Positions 9,657-18,443 of a stretch of 53,083 nucleotides of DNA are shown one piece after another (position 1 is the stretch's first letter; each line of letters starts with the position of its first letter). Source of the DNA: a virus; the IMG/VR virus record IMGVR_UViG_3300029258_001854. The stretch is one strand, 5' to 3'. The position numbers were made by a program, and so were the translations under genes. The notes beneath the pieces are model-generated. The model did no database searches, was not told the DNA's origin, and saw only the letters and a program-made list of their open reading frames with translations.

Positions 9657-9665
9657 TAGGCTACC

Positions 9666-10895
9666 TTAGTTAAGCTGGAGAATCTTGATTGCCTCAGGAA
9701 GAACAACCTTGCCGGTGTTCCATCGATGCATCGTGAATTCAACAATAGCTTCCTTCTTGCGAGTGTAGTCATCACGGATGATCTCTGTCGCCGTCCGGTC
9801 AACAATGAGATAACCAATGTTGAACGCGCCGTAGGCCATGCACTTGGCCGTAGCAGCAACATCAGGCATCGAGTTGGCGAGGACATACGGATCACCAGCA
9901 ATCGTAGCACTAGCAGGGCCATTCAGACCAGGCTGGAACAGATACTGACCTGTGGTGCTCTTCTTTGTGCGGAGGTCAGACAGTGTTCGTCTGTTCAGCA
10001 CGAAGACACCATTGTAACCCGTCTTCAGCTCACCCTGGAGCTTCAGCGGATCATCAGCATCGAGAACGCCAGCAGCACCAGCACCAGTAACAACACCAAC
10101 ACGAGTATCGTTCATGAAACCAGTCGGAGCCTTGTGACCCGAGCCAACAACAAAGCCGTTGCCCTCACCATAAGCGAAAGCCTCAGCACCATCAGCGATG
10201 ATCTCAGTCTCCATGTCAAAGGACGAATCCATGAGCATGTCTCGTGTGATCGGGACTGTGTGCGTCAGGCGGAAAGCCGTCAGCGTCTCGCTGCCATAGG
10301 AGCTAACACTCTCCTGGCTCGTCTCAGTCTCACCCTCGTACTGCGCAGTCGGAATTCCAGTGCGAACCGGAACCACCAGGCTCTTCGACGATGTAGGTCG
10401 GACACGGGCAATCGAGCGAATCGGATCAATCTCTGTGATCTGCTTCAGGATCGACGTTTCCATCTCCGGCACAACAAGAACACCGCCGTCTGTGGCGTTG
10501 TCCGTGCGAAGCTCAGCCTTATACTCAGCGTTCATTCTCTCTTCACCCTCAAGGATGTAGGAGTTGAAAGCCTTGTACTCGGTCGACTCACGATAGTCAG
10601 AGCCCTCAAGCTTGCCCGCGCTCTTGGCGAGAGCAATCTCAAGCGAATCCACCTGCTCGCGAATCTTGCCAGCCTCGACACCCTTCTCCTCAAGCTCATT
10701 CTTGAAAGCCTTGATGCTTTCTTCGTGAGCAAGAATCTGCTGGTTCGCCTTGACAAGCTCCTGATTCTTGACTTCATACTCGTCGAGAATCGCATCAAGC
10801 TTCATGCGCTTCTCTTCTGTAATGGTACCAGCTTCGACGCCCTTTCTCAGCTCGTCGATAGCCTGACCAACTTTCTCAATAGTAAGTTCAGACAT
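9666..10895 (-). CDS. Major capsid protein, HK97 fold, with N-terminal coiled-coil (delta/scaffold-like) region
   Basis: 409 aa. The N-terminal 100 aa are rich in E/K heptads. The core has HK97-like blocks (TAFRLTHTVPITRDMLMDS..., AFAYGEGNGFVVGSG). It follows the prohead protease. Confidence 0.85.
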   Translation of the reverse strand: MSELTIEKVGQAIDELRKGVEAGTITEEKRMKLDAILDEYEVKNQELVKANQQILAHEESIKAFKNELEEKGVEAGKIREQVDSLEIALAKSAGKLEGSDYRESTEYKAFNSYILEGEERMNAEYKAELRTDNATDGGVLVVPEMETSILKQITEIDPIRSIARVRPTSSKSLVVPVRTGIPTAQYEGETETSQESVSSYGSETLTAFRLTHTVPITRDMLMDSSFDMETEIIADGAEAFAYGEGNGFVVGSGHKAPTGFMNDTRVGVVTGAGAAGVLDADDPLKLQGELKTGYNGVFVLNRRTLSDLRTKKSTTGQYLFQPGLNGPASATIAGDPYVLANSMPDVAATAKCMAYGAFNIGYLIVDRTATEIIRDDYTRKKEAIVEFTMHRWNTGKVVLPEAIKILQLN

Positions 10896-10910
10896 AACTA
10901 TTATCAGACC

Positions 10911-11894
10911 TCATTTTCTCGTGATCTTTGTAGTCTCGACTATCTTCTCAAGCAAAGAACTGAGACCTCCATCGGATTCAGAAACATTCTGATCCTTCTG
11001 CCTAGCAATCAGAGCGCGTGCGGCACCATTGCTAAACATTCCTGTGTCGAGCAGTGCAGCCTTATAATCTGCATTGCTCCAATTCTTAACATCCTCAACA
11101 GAGTAGAACATCTTTGACTTGAACGGGGATGCTTCACCCATCTTGGCGTAGTAACGCTCAAGTATTACCTGCTGAGACTTCTCTTCTGTGCCCTTGACTA
11201 ATGCAGCTGCATTTCTAATCGCAGTGGGAATGGCATAAAGCTTGTCATCAACAACATCGCCAATTATGCTTTCACCAACAAAGGCATGAGCACCGTTTCC
11301 AATGGAGTATTTCATCTCCATAACGCGCTCACGTGCCTCTTCTTCATTCCATTCATAGCCATCAGTGACATACAAGGGAAGATCACCAAACATAGTCTTC
11401 ACCTCTGTGATGTTTGCTCTCTGATTCTTGGGCTCATCAGTTATCGAGCCTTCAAGCAGTATGGCCTTCTTGATCAGCCTTGTGCCATTATCAATTTCAT
11501 CATCAGTAACGACATGACCAACTGAGAAATCAACTAAGACGTTCTGCTGGGCAAGGGAATATGCTTCCCGTCCCTGCTGGGTGTCAAGATTGATCTCTCC
11601 AACTCCGTACAGGCCCCGATTGTCTTCTCGCACTGAATCAATCGGGAAGCCTCCAATTGTCTTTCCGTGATTGTCCTTGAGTCTAACTTGGCGATTGCGG
11701 TTTGCCTTGTGCTCTTGGATGGACTCTGCGTATGCACCGCGAACAATGCGGTCTGGCATTCCATATATTCCATTCCAGGCATCCAACTGCCATGTGGCAA
11801 TATAACCAGAAACAACGCCAACAGGAACACCATTCCTATCAGCAGTCTTGGTCTCAATAATCTCGCCACTTAGCGAGACTCGCTCAATTGTCAT
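10911..11894 (-). CDS. Prohead protease (HK97 family, S78-like) with C-terminal extension
   Basis: Blocks GYIATWQLDAWNG...VRLKDNHG...GLYGVGEINLDTQQGREAY...DFSVGH. It sits between the portal-side genes and the capsid gene. Confidence 0.8.
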   Translation of the reverse strand: MTIERVSLSGEIIETKTADRNGVPVGVVSGYIATWQLDAWNGIYGMPDRIVRGAYAESIQEHKANRNRQVRLKDNHGKTIGGFPIDSVREDNRGLYGVGEINLDTQQGREAYSLAQQNVLVDFSVGHVVTDDEIDNGTRLIKKAILLEGSITDEPKNQRANITEVKTMFGDLPLYVTDGYEWNEEEARERVMEMKYSIGNGAHAFVGESIIGDVVDDKLYAIPTAIRNAAALVKGTEEKSQQVILERYYAKMGEASPFKSKMFYSVEDVKNWSNADYKAALLDTGMFSNGAARALIARQKDQNVSESDGGLSSLLEKIVETTKITRK

Positions 11895-11959
11895 CGTGAG
11901 TCTCCACAGGTATTAAGGGAAGGAATAAACGATGTTTTAATTTGACGCTATAAAAATCT

Positions 11960-12655
11960 TTATAGCTGTGATATTCTAGTCAATTCTGCAGAATCTACAG
12001 AGTAAAATACTGAGCACCTACAATTTACAATGTTTCCTGCACTTGCACCAAGGCTAGGATCGCCTGGATACAACAGATATTCATTGTCAACTGTAAAAGG
12101 TTCATCTAAATTAACGGTTTGACCTTTTGCAAATGCATGGTGATCTCTCATTCTATTATCACCTATGACATCCCATCTTTTGGTACCAGAACTATTTGAA
12201 ATTCCACCTTGCAAGAACTGAACTTCTCTTAACTTTGTATGTTCAGATGCCCATTCAGTCTCAGTAGCTGAAATAGTTACAGAACGAACGCCCATTCTAA
12301 ACTGAAACATGTTCAATTTTTCTTGGTTGGACAAATCCATTTGCTGTATTTTATTCCAAATCTTTTTGCTGTTTTCTGATATTAAAGATGCTTGCCTATT
12401 TGCCCTATTTTCAAATTCATGCTGGACATAATCTTTCATGGTCAGACGCTGAAATTTAGGCATTCTGATTTCTTTTCTGTCTTGATAATTTCTGGAAAAG
12501 GAATCATATGTGCGATTGTAGTGCCCTACAAGAAACTGCTCTAAATTTCTCCGCTGGAATTCAACTGGGTTTCTCAATATTCTGCCTAGATTGCTTATGA
12601 ATTGGGATTCAAGCCTGAGCTTTTCTCTCAAATCACGTTCTGCATTCCTAGACAT
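11960..12655 (-). CDS. Head morphogenesis protein (Mu gpF / SPP1 gp7 family)
   Basis: 231 aa directly after the portal gene. The C-terminal PGDPSLGASAGNIVNCRCS motif is typical of the family. Confidence 0.7.
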   Translation of the reverse strand: MSRNAERDLREKLRLESQFISNLGRILRNPVEFQRRNLEQFLVGHYNRTYDSFSRNYQDRKEIRMPKFQRLTMKDYVQHEFENRANRQASLISENSKKIWNKIQQMDLSNQEKLNMFQFRMGVRSVTISATETEWASEHTKLREVQFLQGGISNSSGTKRWDVIGDNRMRDHHAFAKGQTVNLDEPFTVDNEYLLYPGDPSLGASAGNIVNCRCSVFYSVDSAELTRISQL

Positions 12656-13944
12656 TATCTAAGAGTCTCTACATCCAACTCAGGATCATTGTTTACAACA
12701 TCCTCGCCAACAGGAACCAGTGTAGAGGGCTTGTAAATGAGATCTCCACCAGCATAGTCTTCACGACCAATTCTGTTTCTAAGCTCATTATCAGACTCGA
12801 TGCCAAGATCCTTGACCTTAGTCACCTCATCAAGAGTTCTGCGCTTCAGAGAAGGAATCTTGTCCTCATCATAAGTCAGATACTCACCAGGGCCAAGACC
12901 AAACTTGTCACCAATGTCTCTTTGGATTCCTTGGAATATGACCTTGGACAGAGGTGTCACAGCATCATCATAGAGCATCTCAATGCCAGTAGCAAGATTG
13001 TTGAATGTAGAAGCATCAACTGTGAGAAGCTGCAAAGGGTAGTTGTAAGCAAGAGCAACAGCTTCCTGTGCTATCTGCATACCCTTGGACCAATCCATGT
13101 CATTGTTTGTCATGGAAAGGTTCTTCACATCAAGCTTACCACCAGCAGTAACGCCAATAGCACCAGCATTAGCAACGCCAGCATACTGATCATTAACCTT
13201 CTGTCTTACAGCAGTAAACTCATCCTCATCCATGTCATTCTCAAAGTGGAATATAAGCGACATTCTGCCGCCCTTCTCCAGAACGCTGAGATTATGGCTT
13301 ATGCCAAGTGTTTGCTGTCTAGCATAATTTGAAGCAGCAACAAGAACAGACTGACCCCTAAACATAGAGTTGTCTCTTGTTGAAAAGTCCCTGTGCTGTG
13401 AAAGTGTTCTCAGTCCGTTCTGATAATCAATGTAAACTTCTCCATCTCGCTTATAGCAGCCGGGAAGCAAATCACCATTGACATCAAAAGCAGTTAGAAA
13501 CCCATCAGAATTCTGATAGGAGACAAATTCAGGTGACATAGGATATGCCTGCTTTGGAGCAGACTCATTGTTCCCAAGGTATATAATGAAGAACTCACCT
13601 GTAACAAGATAGTATATAGCAAGCTGCTTTAAAAACAGGTATCTCGTGTGGTCTTCAGAAGGCTTGCGCAAAAAGTCCAGAATTGGATGCTCTGTAATCT
13701 TTGCCTTGTCTTTAATGATAACAGGCTCAAGCTCTGCCAGCTTATCAGCAATCTTACGCACTGGCATCATAACTGCAAGACTCTGCTCATAAAGGTCAAG
13801 GCAACCCTTGGGAGTCTTTGCATTATTAGTTGCACCGTAAACCATAAAGTTACGGAGCTCATCGAATCCACCAGAACTCTTAATTTCAACAACTCTCGGC
13901 GAAGACTCAGAAGAGCCACGACCGAAAGGCCAGAAATTTGCCAT
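12655..13944 (-). CDS. Portal protein (HK97-type)
   Basis: 429 aa directly downstream of the large terminase, with portal-like composition. Confidence 0.8.
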   Translation of the reverse strand: MANFWPFGRGSSESSPRVVEIKSSGGFDELRNFMVYGATNNAKTPKGCLDLYEQSLAVMMPVRKIADKLAELEPVIIKDKAKITEHPILDFLRKPSEDHTRYLFLKQLAIYYLVTGEFFIIYLGNNESAPKQAYPMSPEFVSYQNSDGFLTAFDVNGDLLPGCYKRDGEVYIDYQNGLRTLSQHRDFSTRDNSMFRGQSVLVAASNYARQQTLGISHNLSVLEKGGRMSLIFHFENDMDEDEFTAVRQKVNDQYAGVANAGAIGVTAGGKLDVKNLSMTNNDMDWSKGMQIAQEAVALAYNYPLQLLTVDASTFNNLATGIEMLYDDAVTPLSKVIFQGIQRDIGDKFGLGPGEYLTYDEDKIPSLKRRTLDEVTKVKDLGIESDNELRNRIGREDYAGGDLIYKPSTLVPVGEDVVNNDPELDVETLR

Positions 13945-13950
13945 TTTATA

Positions 13951-15375
13951 TTATCCTACGTGTACGCGGCCAGTGTTATCAGTAAGTTTCTTCAAACCGA
14001 GTGAAGTTGCATCAACTTGGTCTTTATACTTACCAACCGGGAATTTCCTAAGCTCATCAAGGTAATCATTCGTCCAGTCTCTTGCAAGAACTTCTACATT
14101 GCTAACGTCTAGCTGAATAGCCAAGGGTTCAGCACGAGTCTCTTTAGCACCTTTCGGTGGCTCGTGATATGCCCTAAAGCCAGCTAGATTAGCAATTGTT
14201 CCCTCTGCAGATTCCTTGCCGCCTGATCCACCCTCTTGCTCAATATAGATGCGAATCTTTTTCCCATCTAATTCAGCAACATTCTTAATGGCCTTTTCCC
14301 TTTTCGCAGCTGAATGTTGGAACTTAACAACATCGGTGATGCATATCCTTCCATTCTCCAGCAATGCAATTCTAACGCCAGCAGTTCTAGCACCAGCCCC
14401 TTCGGTGCCAGCTTTATCCCACGCTCTGACTTCCTTCTTTATAGGCGCGGAAGGCTCTGCTCTTACTTCAACATTATCAACGTCAAGCATTGTACCTTTG
14501 CGCGGAGTTGGGACCTGCTGATATTGACCAGCATATGCATAAGATCCCATATTCTTCTTCAGCCGAGCAATTTCCTCATTACCAATATGCTCAGGCCAAA
14601 GTAAATCACCCTCATTCTCTCTAGGATCTTTGAAACCAGTAACTTCAACGCTACACTTGATCTGCGGGTCATATTCCATTGGAAGGCAAAGATGTTCCCA
14701 TCCACCCTTCTCCAAAAGATGACCTGTGATGTCGCGCTCATGTACGCGCTGCATAATAATGAAGCGACAACCAGTCTTCGGATCATTCAGGCGGGAGGAC
14801 ATTGTCTCATCCCACCAAGTTACAGCACCTTCTCTTCTTGCATCAGATTCTGCTTCATTAACATTGTGCGGATCATCACAAGCAACAAAATCGCCACCTT
14901 CACCAGTTGCAACACCTTCTACTGAAGTAGCAATCCGATAGCCAGTGGCAATGTTCTCAAACTTGATTTTCTGATTAGAATCTGCCTCTAACTTAATAGG
15001 CCAATTCTTCTGAAACCAAGGAGATGTGATAATACGGCGCATCTTCATTGAATCACGAATGCTAAGTGTCTGAGCGTAAGATGCATAAACAAACTTAGCA
15101 GAAGGCTCATCAGTCCAAATCCAAGATGGAAAGAAAACTGACGCAGCAAGCGATTTCATACACCGAGGCGGAATGTTAATGATTAGCTGACGAATCTCCC
15201 TTTTGCGAAGTGCTTCCAGATGGTCACAGATAGCATCAATATGCCAGTTCGATCTGAAAGGGTATGCAGGCTCTACAATATCCCAAGCTTGACTAATGAA
15301 GTGCTTTAGACTCCTTGTGGCAAGCTCGCGATACAATCCATCTCTATCTCTCAAATAGTCAAGTGCCGCACTCAC
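13951..15375 (-). CDS. terL: Terminase large subunit
   Basis: Walker-A-like NIPPRCMKS, Walker B/coupling GDFVACDDPHN, and nuclease-half motifs (IYIEQEGGSGGKE, DQVDATS). Confidence 0.9.
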   Translation of the reverse strand: MSAALDYLRDRDGLYRELATRSLKHFISQAWDIVEPAYPFRSNWHIDAICDHLEALRKREIRQLIINIPPRCMKSLAASVFFPSWIWTDEPSAKFVYASYAQTLSIRDSMKMRRIITSPWFQKNWPIKLEADSNQKIKFENIATGYRIATSVEGVATGEGGDFVACDDPHNVNEAESDARREGAVTWWDETMSSRLNDPKTGCRFIIMQRVHERDITGHLLEKGGWEHLCLPMEYDPQIKCSVEVTGFKDPRENEGDLLWPEHIGNEEIARLKKNMGSYAYAGQYQQVPTPRKGTMLDVDNVEVRAEPSAPIKKEVRAWDKAGTEGAGARTAGVRIALLENGRICITDVVKFQHSAAKREKAIKNVAELDGKKIRIYIEQEGGSGGKESAEGTIANLAGFRAYHEPPKGAKETRAEPLAIQLDVSNVEVLARDWTNDYLDELRKFPVGKYKDQVDATSLGLKKLTDNTGRVHVG

Positions 15376-15617
15376 TCAACATCTACTCCCAACGCAATCA
15401 TTAACTCAGTATTGCGCTTCAAAAGCCACTGCCTATTGGATTCCCATCTAACGCGATCAGCATTGTGCTCTTTACGCTCGTGCTGCAATTCCTGCTCTAA
15501 CCTTGCTATCTGTTCCTGGTATGGGTGGATAACAAATTCAAATACAGGAAGCGCACTCGCAAGTAAAGGAAGAACACCCGCAAGGGCAAGATATTTGCTA
15601 GAAGGGATCTCACTCAT
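15372..15617 (-). CDS. Hypothetical membrane/coiled-coil protein
   Basis: 81 aa with one hydrophobic segment (YLALAGVLPLLASALPVF) followed by a coiled coil. It lies between terS and terL. Confidence 0.45.
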   Translation of the reverse strand: MSEIPSSKYLALAGVLPLLASALPVFEFVIHPYQEQIARLEQELQHERKEHNADRVRWESNRQWLLKRNTELMIALGVDVE

Positions 15618-15658
15618 AAAAAAAGCGCCGCAACCGATTGCTCAGTCACGACGCTCTC

Positions 15659-16276
15659 CTATTTCTTGTCCAAGCTTTGTTCAAGCTCAGCAAGCATTTC
15701 AAGCTGTTCAGTAGTCAACGACTTGAAGTCTATTTCAACAGGCTTGTCTCCACCCTGGTGCTCAACCTGAATCTTGTCACCATAGACAGTCGGCAGTCTC
15801 TTTGAAACATACCACTTTCTAGCGCCGATTCTGTTTGCATTGGTCTGAAGTATGCCCTTAACAACTCTCTCAAACTGCTTGTTCATGCCCTCTTTATAGG
15901 GGTTGTCAATATTGCGCAAAGACTCTTCTAAAAGGTCGGCTGTAGTGCTATCAGTACCATCACTGATATCAATGATCATCTCACCCATGGCCGAAGCCTG
16001 GAACTCAGCAGCCTTTAGATATGCCTGTGTGAATGTCTTCGGTGTATCCCTAGCACCTCTTCTCCAAGAAGCCCAAACCTTCATATCAAGAGGGATCAAA
16101 GCACAAGCTTGTCGATCTGTGAGACCGATCATCATGTACTCTAATATGATTCTTGCTTTATCAGGTTGAAACTGTCTCGGATCAATATCCTGAGGGGCTC
16201 TGAAGTAATCACCGTTATCACCGATGTCACCTAAGAACCATTCAACTTGAATTGACTTAAGATCCTCGTCCGTCAT
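15659..16276 (-). CDS. terS: Terminase small subunit
   Basis: 205 aa upstream of terL. It has an HTH-like LTDRQACALIP and a C-terminal NANRIGARKWYVSKRLPTVYGDK block typical of TerS proteins. Confidence 0.7.
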   Translation of the reverse strand: MTDEDLKSIQVEWFLGDIGDNGDYFRAPQDIDPRQFQPDKARIILEYMMIGLTDRQACALIPLDMKVWASWRRGARDTPKTFTQAYLKAAEFQASAMGEMIIDISDGTDSTTADLLEESLRNIDNPYKEGMNKQFERVVKGILQTNANRIGARKWYVSKRLPTVYGDKIQVEHQGGDKPVEIDFKSLTTEQLEMLAELEQSLDKK

Positions 16277-16667
16277 ATCCAGCTATCCGTTTCTGCGCGT
16301 ATTTGACAAACGCTACGGATTTTAGGATAGCGAAACTTCCGGGCACGCCTAATAAATTTTCCAAAGAGATTAGGAATGTCCAATTACCTCTATTCTTCCT
16401 GTGGGCAACTACCGGCTCACGACCTATAGCGCGACAATCCATGACTGCTTTGAGCCACCATTTGTCATAAGTTGAAAAATAAGTTACATTCTCTACTCGC
16501 TTGACTTCATAAGCAAAAGGATGGTTTTCAGGTATTACATCAATCCCTCCAGACCTGACTTGCTCGAGATTTCTCTCAGGCACAGACTCAACTAGATGCT
16601 TCTGATACAGCCATGTACAGAACTCACGTTCACCGGCTGCTCCCTTACTTCTGGCATTAATAGGCAT
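16257..16667 (-). CDS. PD-(D/E)XK nuclease, Holliday-junction-resolvase (Hjc)-like
   Basis: The start at 16667 is supported by AAGGAG 6 nt upstream; the longer tracked start at 16862 runs through the repeat array. Motif RSKGAAGEREF...AYEVKR. Confidence 0.6.
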   Translation of the reverse strand: MPINARSKGAAGEREFCTWLYQKHLVESVPERNLEQVRSGGIDVIPENHPFAYEVKRVENVTYFSTYDKWWLKAVMDCRAIGREPVVAHRKNRGNWTFLISLENLLGVPGSFAILKSVAFVKYAQKRIAGYDGRGS

Positions 16668-16686
16668 GAATTGCTCCTTTACCTTT

Positions 16687-16695
16687 ATTATAGCG
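16687..16695 (-). promoter_or_regulatory. CGCTATAAT promoter (-10), copy 5, driving the late block
   Basis: The minus strand reads TTCGCTATAATAAAGGTAAAGGAGCAATTCATG. The same 9-mer occurs at four plus-strand sites. Confidence 0.55.
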
Positions 16696-16716
16696 AATTT
16701 ATAGGGCTGAAGAAAG

Positions 16717-16797
16717 TTGAAAACCAATCGGCGTTTCCGGGTGGAAAATTTTGAAAAAATTTCAGCCAACCTGGTTCCTAGGTTGAAATTTTTGAAA
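16717..16797. repeat. A/T-rich block with four TTGAAA copies and small palindromes (AAAATTTT, GAAAAAATTTC)
   Basis: TTGAAA at 16717, 16751, 16783 and 16792. It lies between the late promoter and the dyad array. Confidence 0.6.
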
Positions 16798-16846
16798 TCG
16801 GTCTCAGCACTCGCGAGCGGCCCCGGATGGGCCGGATCTCGTTTCC

Positions 16847-16936
16847 CCCCGGGTGAAAACACACCCCCGGGTGATTTTTGAGCCCCCTAGGGTGAAATAT
16901 CACCCCCGGGTGTTGATTTTCCCCCACGGGTGGTGA
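16847..16936. repeat. Array of five dyad-symmetric sites, (CA)CCC-N2-4-GGGTG, spaced 18-21 bp
   Basis: GGGTG cores at 16851, 16869, 16890, 16908 and 16928. Examples: ACACCCCCGGGTGA and TCACCCCCGGGTGT. Confidence 0.8.
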
Positions 16937-16967
16937 TTTAGGGGTAGCGGGGGGGTGCCGGGGGGGT

Positions 16968-16978
16968 TATACTATATT
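16968..16978 (+). promoter_or_regulatory. Candidate early promoter -10 (TATACT / TATATT)
   Basis: GGGGGGTTATACTATATTCA immediately follows the dyad array and faces the early block. Confidence 0.4.
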
Positions 16979-17017
16979 CATGGCGTCGGGGATTTACCCC
17001 GATGCTGGCCGGAGGAG

Positions 17018-17278
17018 CCGATAGAGGGGATTTCACCTCGGGCTAGACGCCCGCGTAGCCGAGTCAACGCGCGTCCGCGATTGTGCGGAGTAACGGACGC
17101 CTACATCCAAATACCCACCAGGGTGGGTAGGTCCACGGTCGGGCGCGAACGGCGATAGCAGCCCGCTCGCGCGGGGGTTTACACCCTCGCTCGCCATCGG
17201 TCCAATGACGTCGCCTAAGCTCGCGCCAAAAAAACAGGCTACGCTCGCACGCGATCGGGGTGAAATACCCTCTATCGG
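17018..17278 (+). ncRNA. GC-rich structured segment closed by a 19/20-bp long-range helix (structured leader, ncRNA or protein-bound DNA element)
   Basis: CCGATAGAGGGGATTTCACC (17018-17037) pairs with GGTGAAATACCCTCTATCGG (17259-17278). Internal hairpins include GCGTCCG..CGGACGC, ACCCAC-CAGG-GTGGGT and CCCGC-TCGC-GCGGG. Confidence 0.45.
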
Positions 17279-17323
17279 TTCCTCGACAATAATCGTAGGG
17301 ATATCCCTACCAAGGAGACAAAA

Positions 17324-17890
17324 ATGTCCGATATTCTCGACAACGCCAACGCCATCCTCATCCCGCTCATCAATGGAGGCACGACCGATGAGGATGAACT
17401 CATGACGGCCCTCGCCAACGCGGGTGGCTTTTCCATCAAGCGCATCCCGTCTCTGGTAACCCAGATTCTCCAGGATGAGGGGCTCCGCACTTCTCCCAAG
17501 GAACGCAACGAGGCCGTGGCTGAGCTCTTTGCCTCGGACACGCCGACCTTCGGAACCTGGGATGACGTCATTGCGGCTGCGGAGCGTGTCTGCGACCACG
17601 TGGCGAACACGACCACGGCGCAGGCGGTCACTTCCATCAAGAAGTGGGCCAAGGCCAACGGTGTGGAGTTGCCCTCCAAGCCCAAGGCGGCTGCGGGTGG
17701 ATCCCGGCGCAACGCATACGATGCCTTCGCAGAGTGGTTCCTGGCAAACCCCCAGGCCACGGACACGGATATCAATGACTATGCCCTGGGTGCCTTCCTC
17801 AAGGATGGGGAGCCCAATGAGAAGCAGGCTGTGAAGTACGCAGCCATCTTCATCCGCATGGCGGCCATGGCCCGCGCCTACCAGGCGTAG
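17324..17890 (+). CDS. Hypothetical early protein
   Basis: 188 aa with an AAGGAGACAAAAATG start context and GC-rich codon usage. A strong terminator follows. Confidence 0.7.
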   Translation: MSDILDNANAILIPLINGGTTDEDELMTALANAGGFSIKRIPSLVTQILQDEGLRTSPKERNEAVAELFASDTPTFGTWDDVIAAAERVCDHVANTTTAQAVTSIKKWAKANGVELPSKPKAAAGGSRRNAYDAFAEWFLANPQATDTDINDYALGAFLKDGEPNEKQAVKYAAIFIRMAAMARAYQA

Positions 17891-17898
17891 CCAAGGGT

Positions 17899-17939
17899 GA
17901 GGGGTGGGGTCCACACGGACCCTGCCCCTCTTGCTTTTT
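17899..17939 (+). terminator. Rho-independent terminator
   Basis: GAGGGGTGGGGTCC-ACAC-GGACCCTGCCCCTC stem (about 14 bp including G.U pairs), followed by TTGCTTTTT. Confidence 0.75.
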
Positions 17940-18031
17940 CTCACATCCAACCTGTGAAGGAGCCAACACCGCAATTTTGCCAAGCCACGCAGATTGCATG
18001 CCAAAATTCATGCCAACACGCTCCAGTGCGT

Positions 18032-18122
18032 GCTCGCTCGTGCGCTCGCTCGTGGGCGACAGCGACAACGACAGTGACAGTGCTAGTGCATATTCGCGCG
18101 ACAGTGACAGTACGCGAATATG
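18032..18122 (+). repeat. Short tandem repeats plus a 10-bp hairpin
   Basis: GCTCGCTCGTG twice (18032, 18044). GACARY hexamers (GACAGCGACAACGACAGTGACAGT). CATATTCGCG (18089-18098) pairs with CGCGAATATG (18113-18122). Confidence 0.6.
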
Positions 18123-18168
18123 GAGTTGCACTCTCGCCACTCTGAATGCCAATAAGGAATTTGAATCA

Positions 18169-18435
18169 ATGCCCAAGTGCCCTAGCTCTCTGACTCTCAC
18201 GACCTTGGATGATGTCGCCGAAACCTTCGATGGTGTGTCCGAGGAGGTGTACGACCAACTCTACTTGTACAGTGTCGCAGACAATCGCGACCCTCAAGAT
18301 GACTGGGACCCGGCAAGCTGGAAGGCTGGGAGCCCCAACCTCATCGAGAAGCGCTGGAACGAGTTGCCTCTCGTGCTCCAGTACACTCTCATCAAGATTG
18401 CTGCTAGGGAATATCCTGGAGACTTCTGGGACTAG
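18169..18435 (+). CDS. Hypothetical early protein
   Basis: The start was chosen at MPKCPSS because AAGGAATTTGAATCAATG carries the conserved initiation cassette. 88 aa, acidic. Confidence 0.6.
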   Translation: MPKCPSSLTLTTLDDVAETFDGVSEEVYDQLYLYSVADNRDPQDDWDPASWKAGSPNLIEKRWNELPLVLQYTLIKIAAREYPGDFWD

Positions 18436-18443
18436 TAGGGTGG

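Noticed and set aside
9726-11117. 463-aa plus-strand ORF
   Set aside because: It is entirely antisense to the major capsid and protease genes, which carry recognisable HK97-type motifs. Its sequence is Ser/Leu/Arg-rich without motifs.
16847-16936. Possible CRISPR array
   Set aside because: The repeat units are about 12 bp with spacers of about 7-9 bp, far too short for CRISPR. There are no cas genes other than a stand-alone Cas4-like nuclease, which is common in phage recombination modules.
17033-18004. 323-aa minus-strand ORF, together with nested ORFs 17272..17775 and 17475..17834, across the GC-rich island
   Set aside because: It is Arg/Gly/Pro/Leu-rich and low in complexity. It runs antisense to a well-supported plus-strand gene (17324..17890, which has an SD and a terminator) and crosses the structured segment and the terminator. 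Long spurious ORFs like this are typical of GC-rich DNA.
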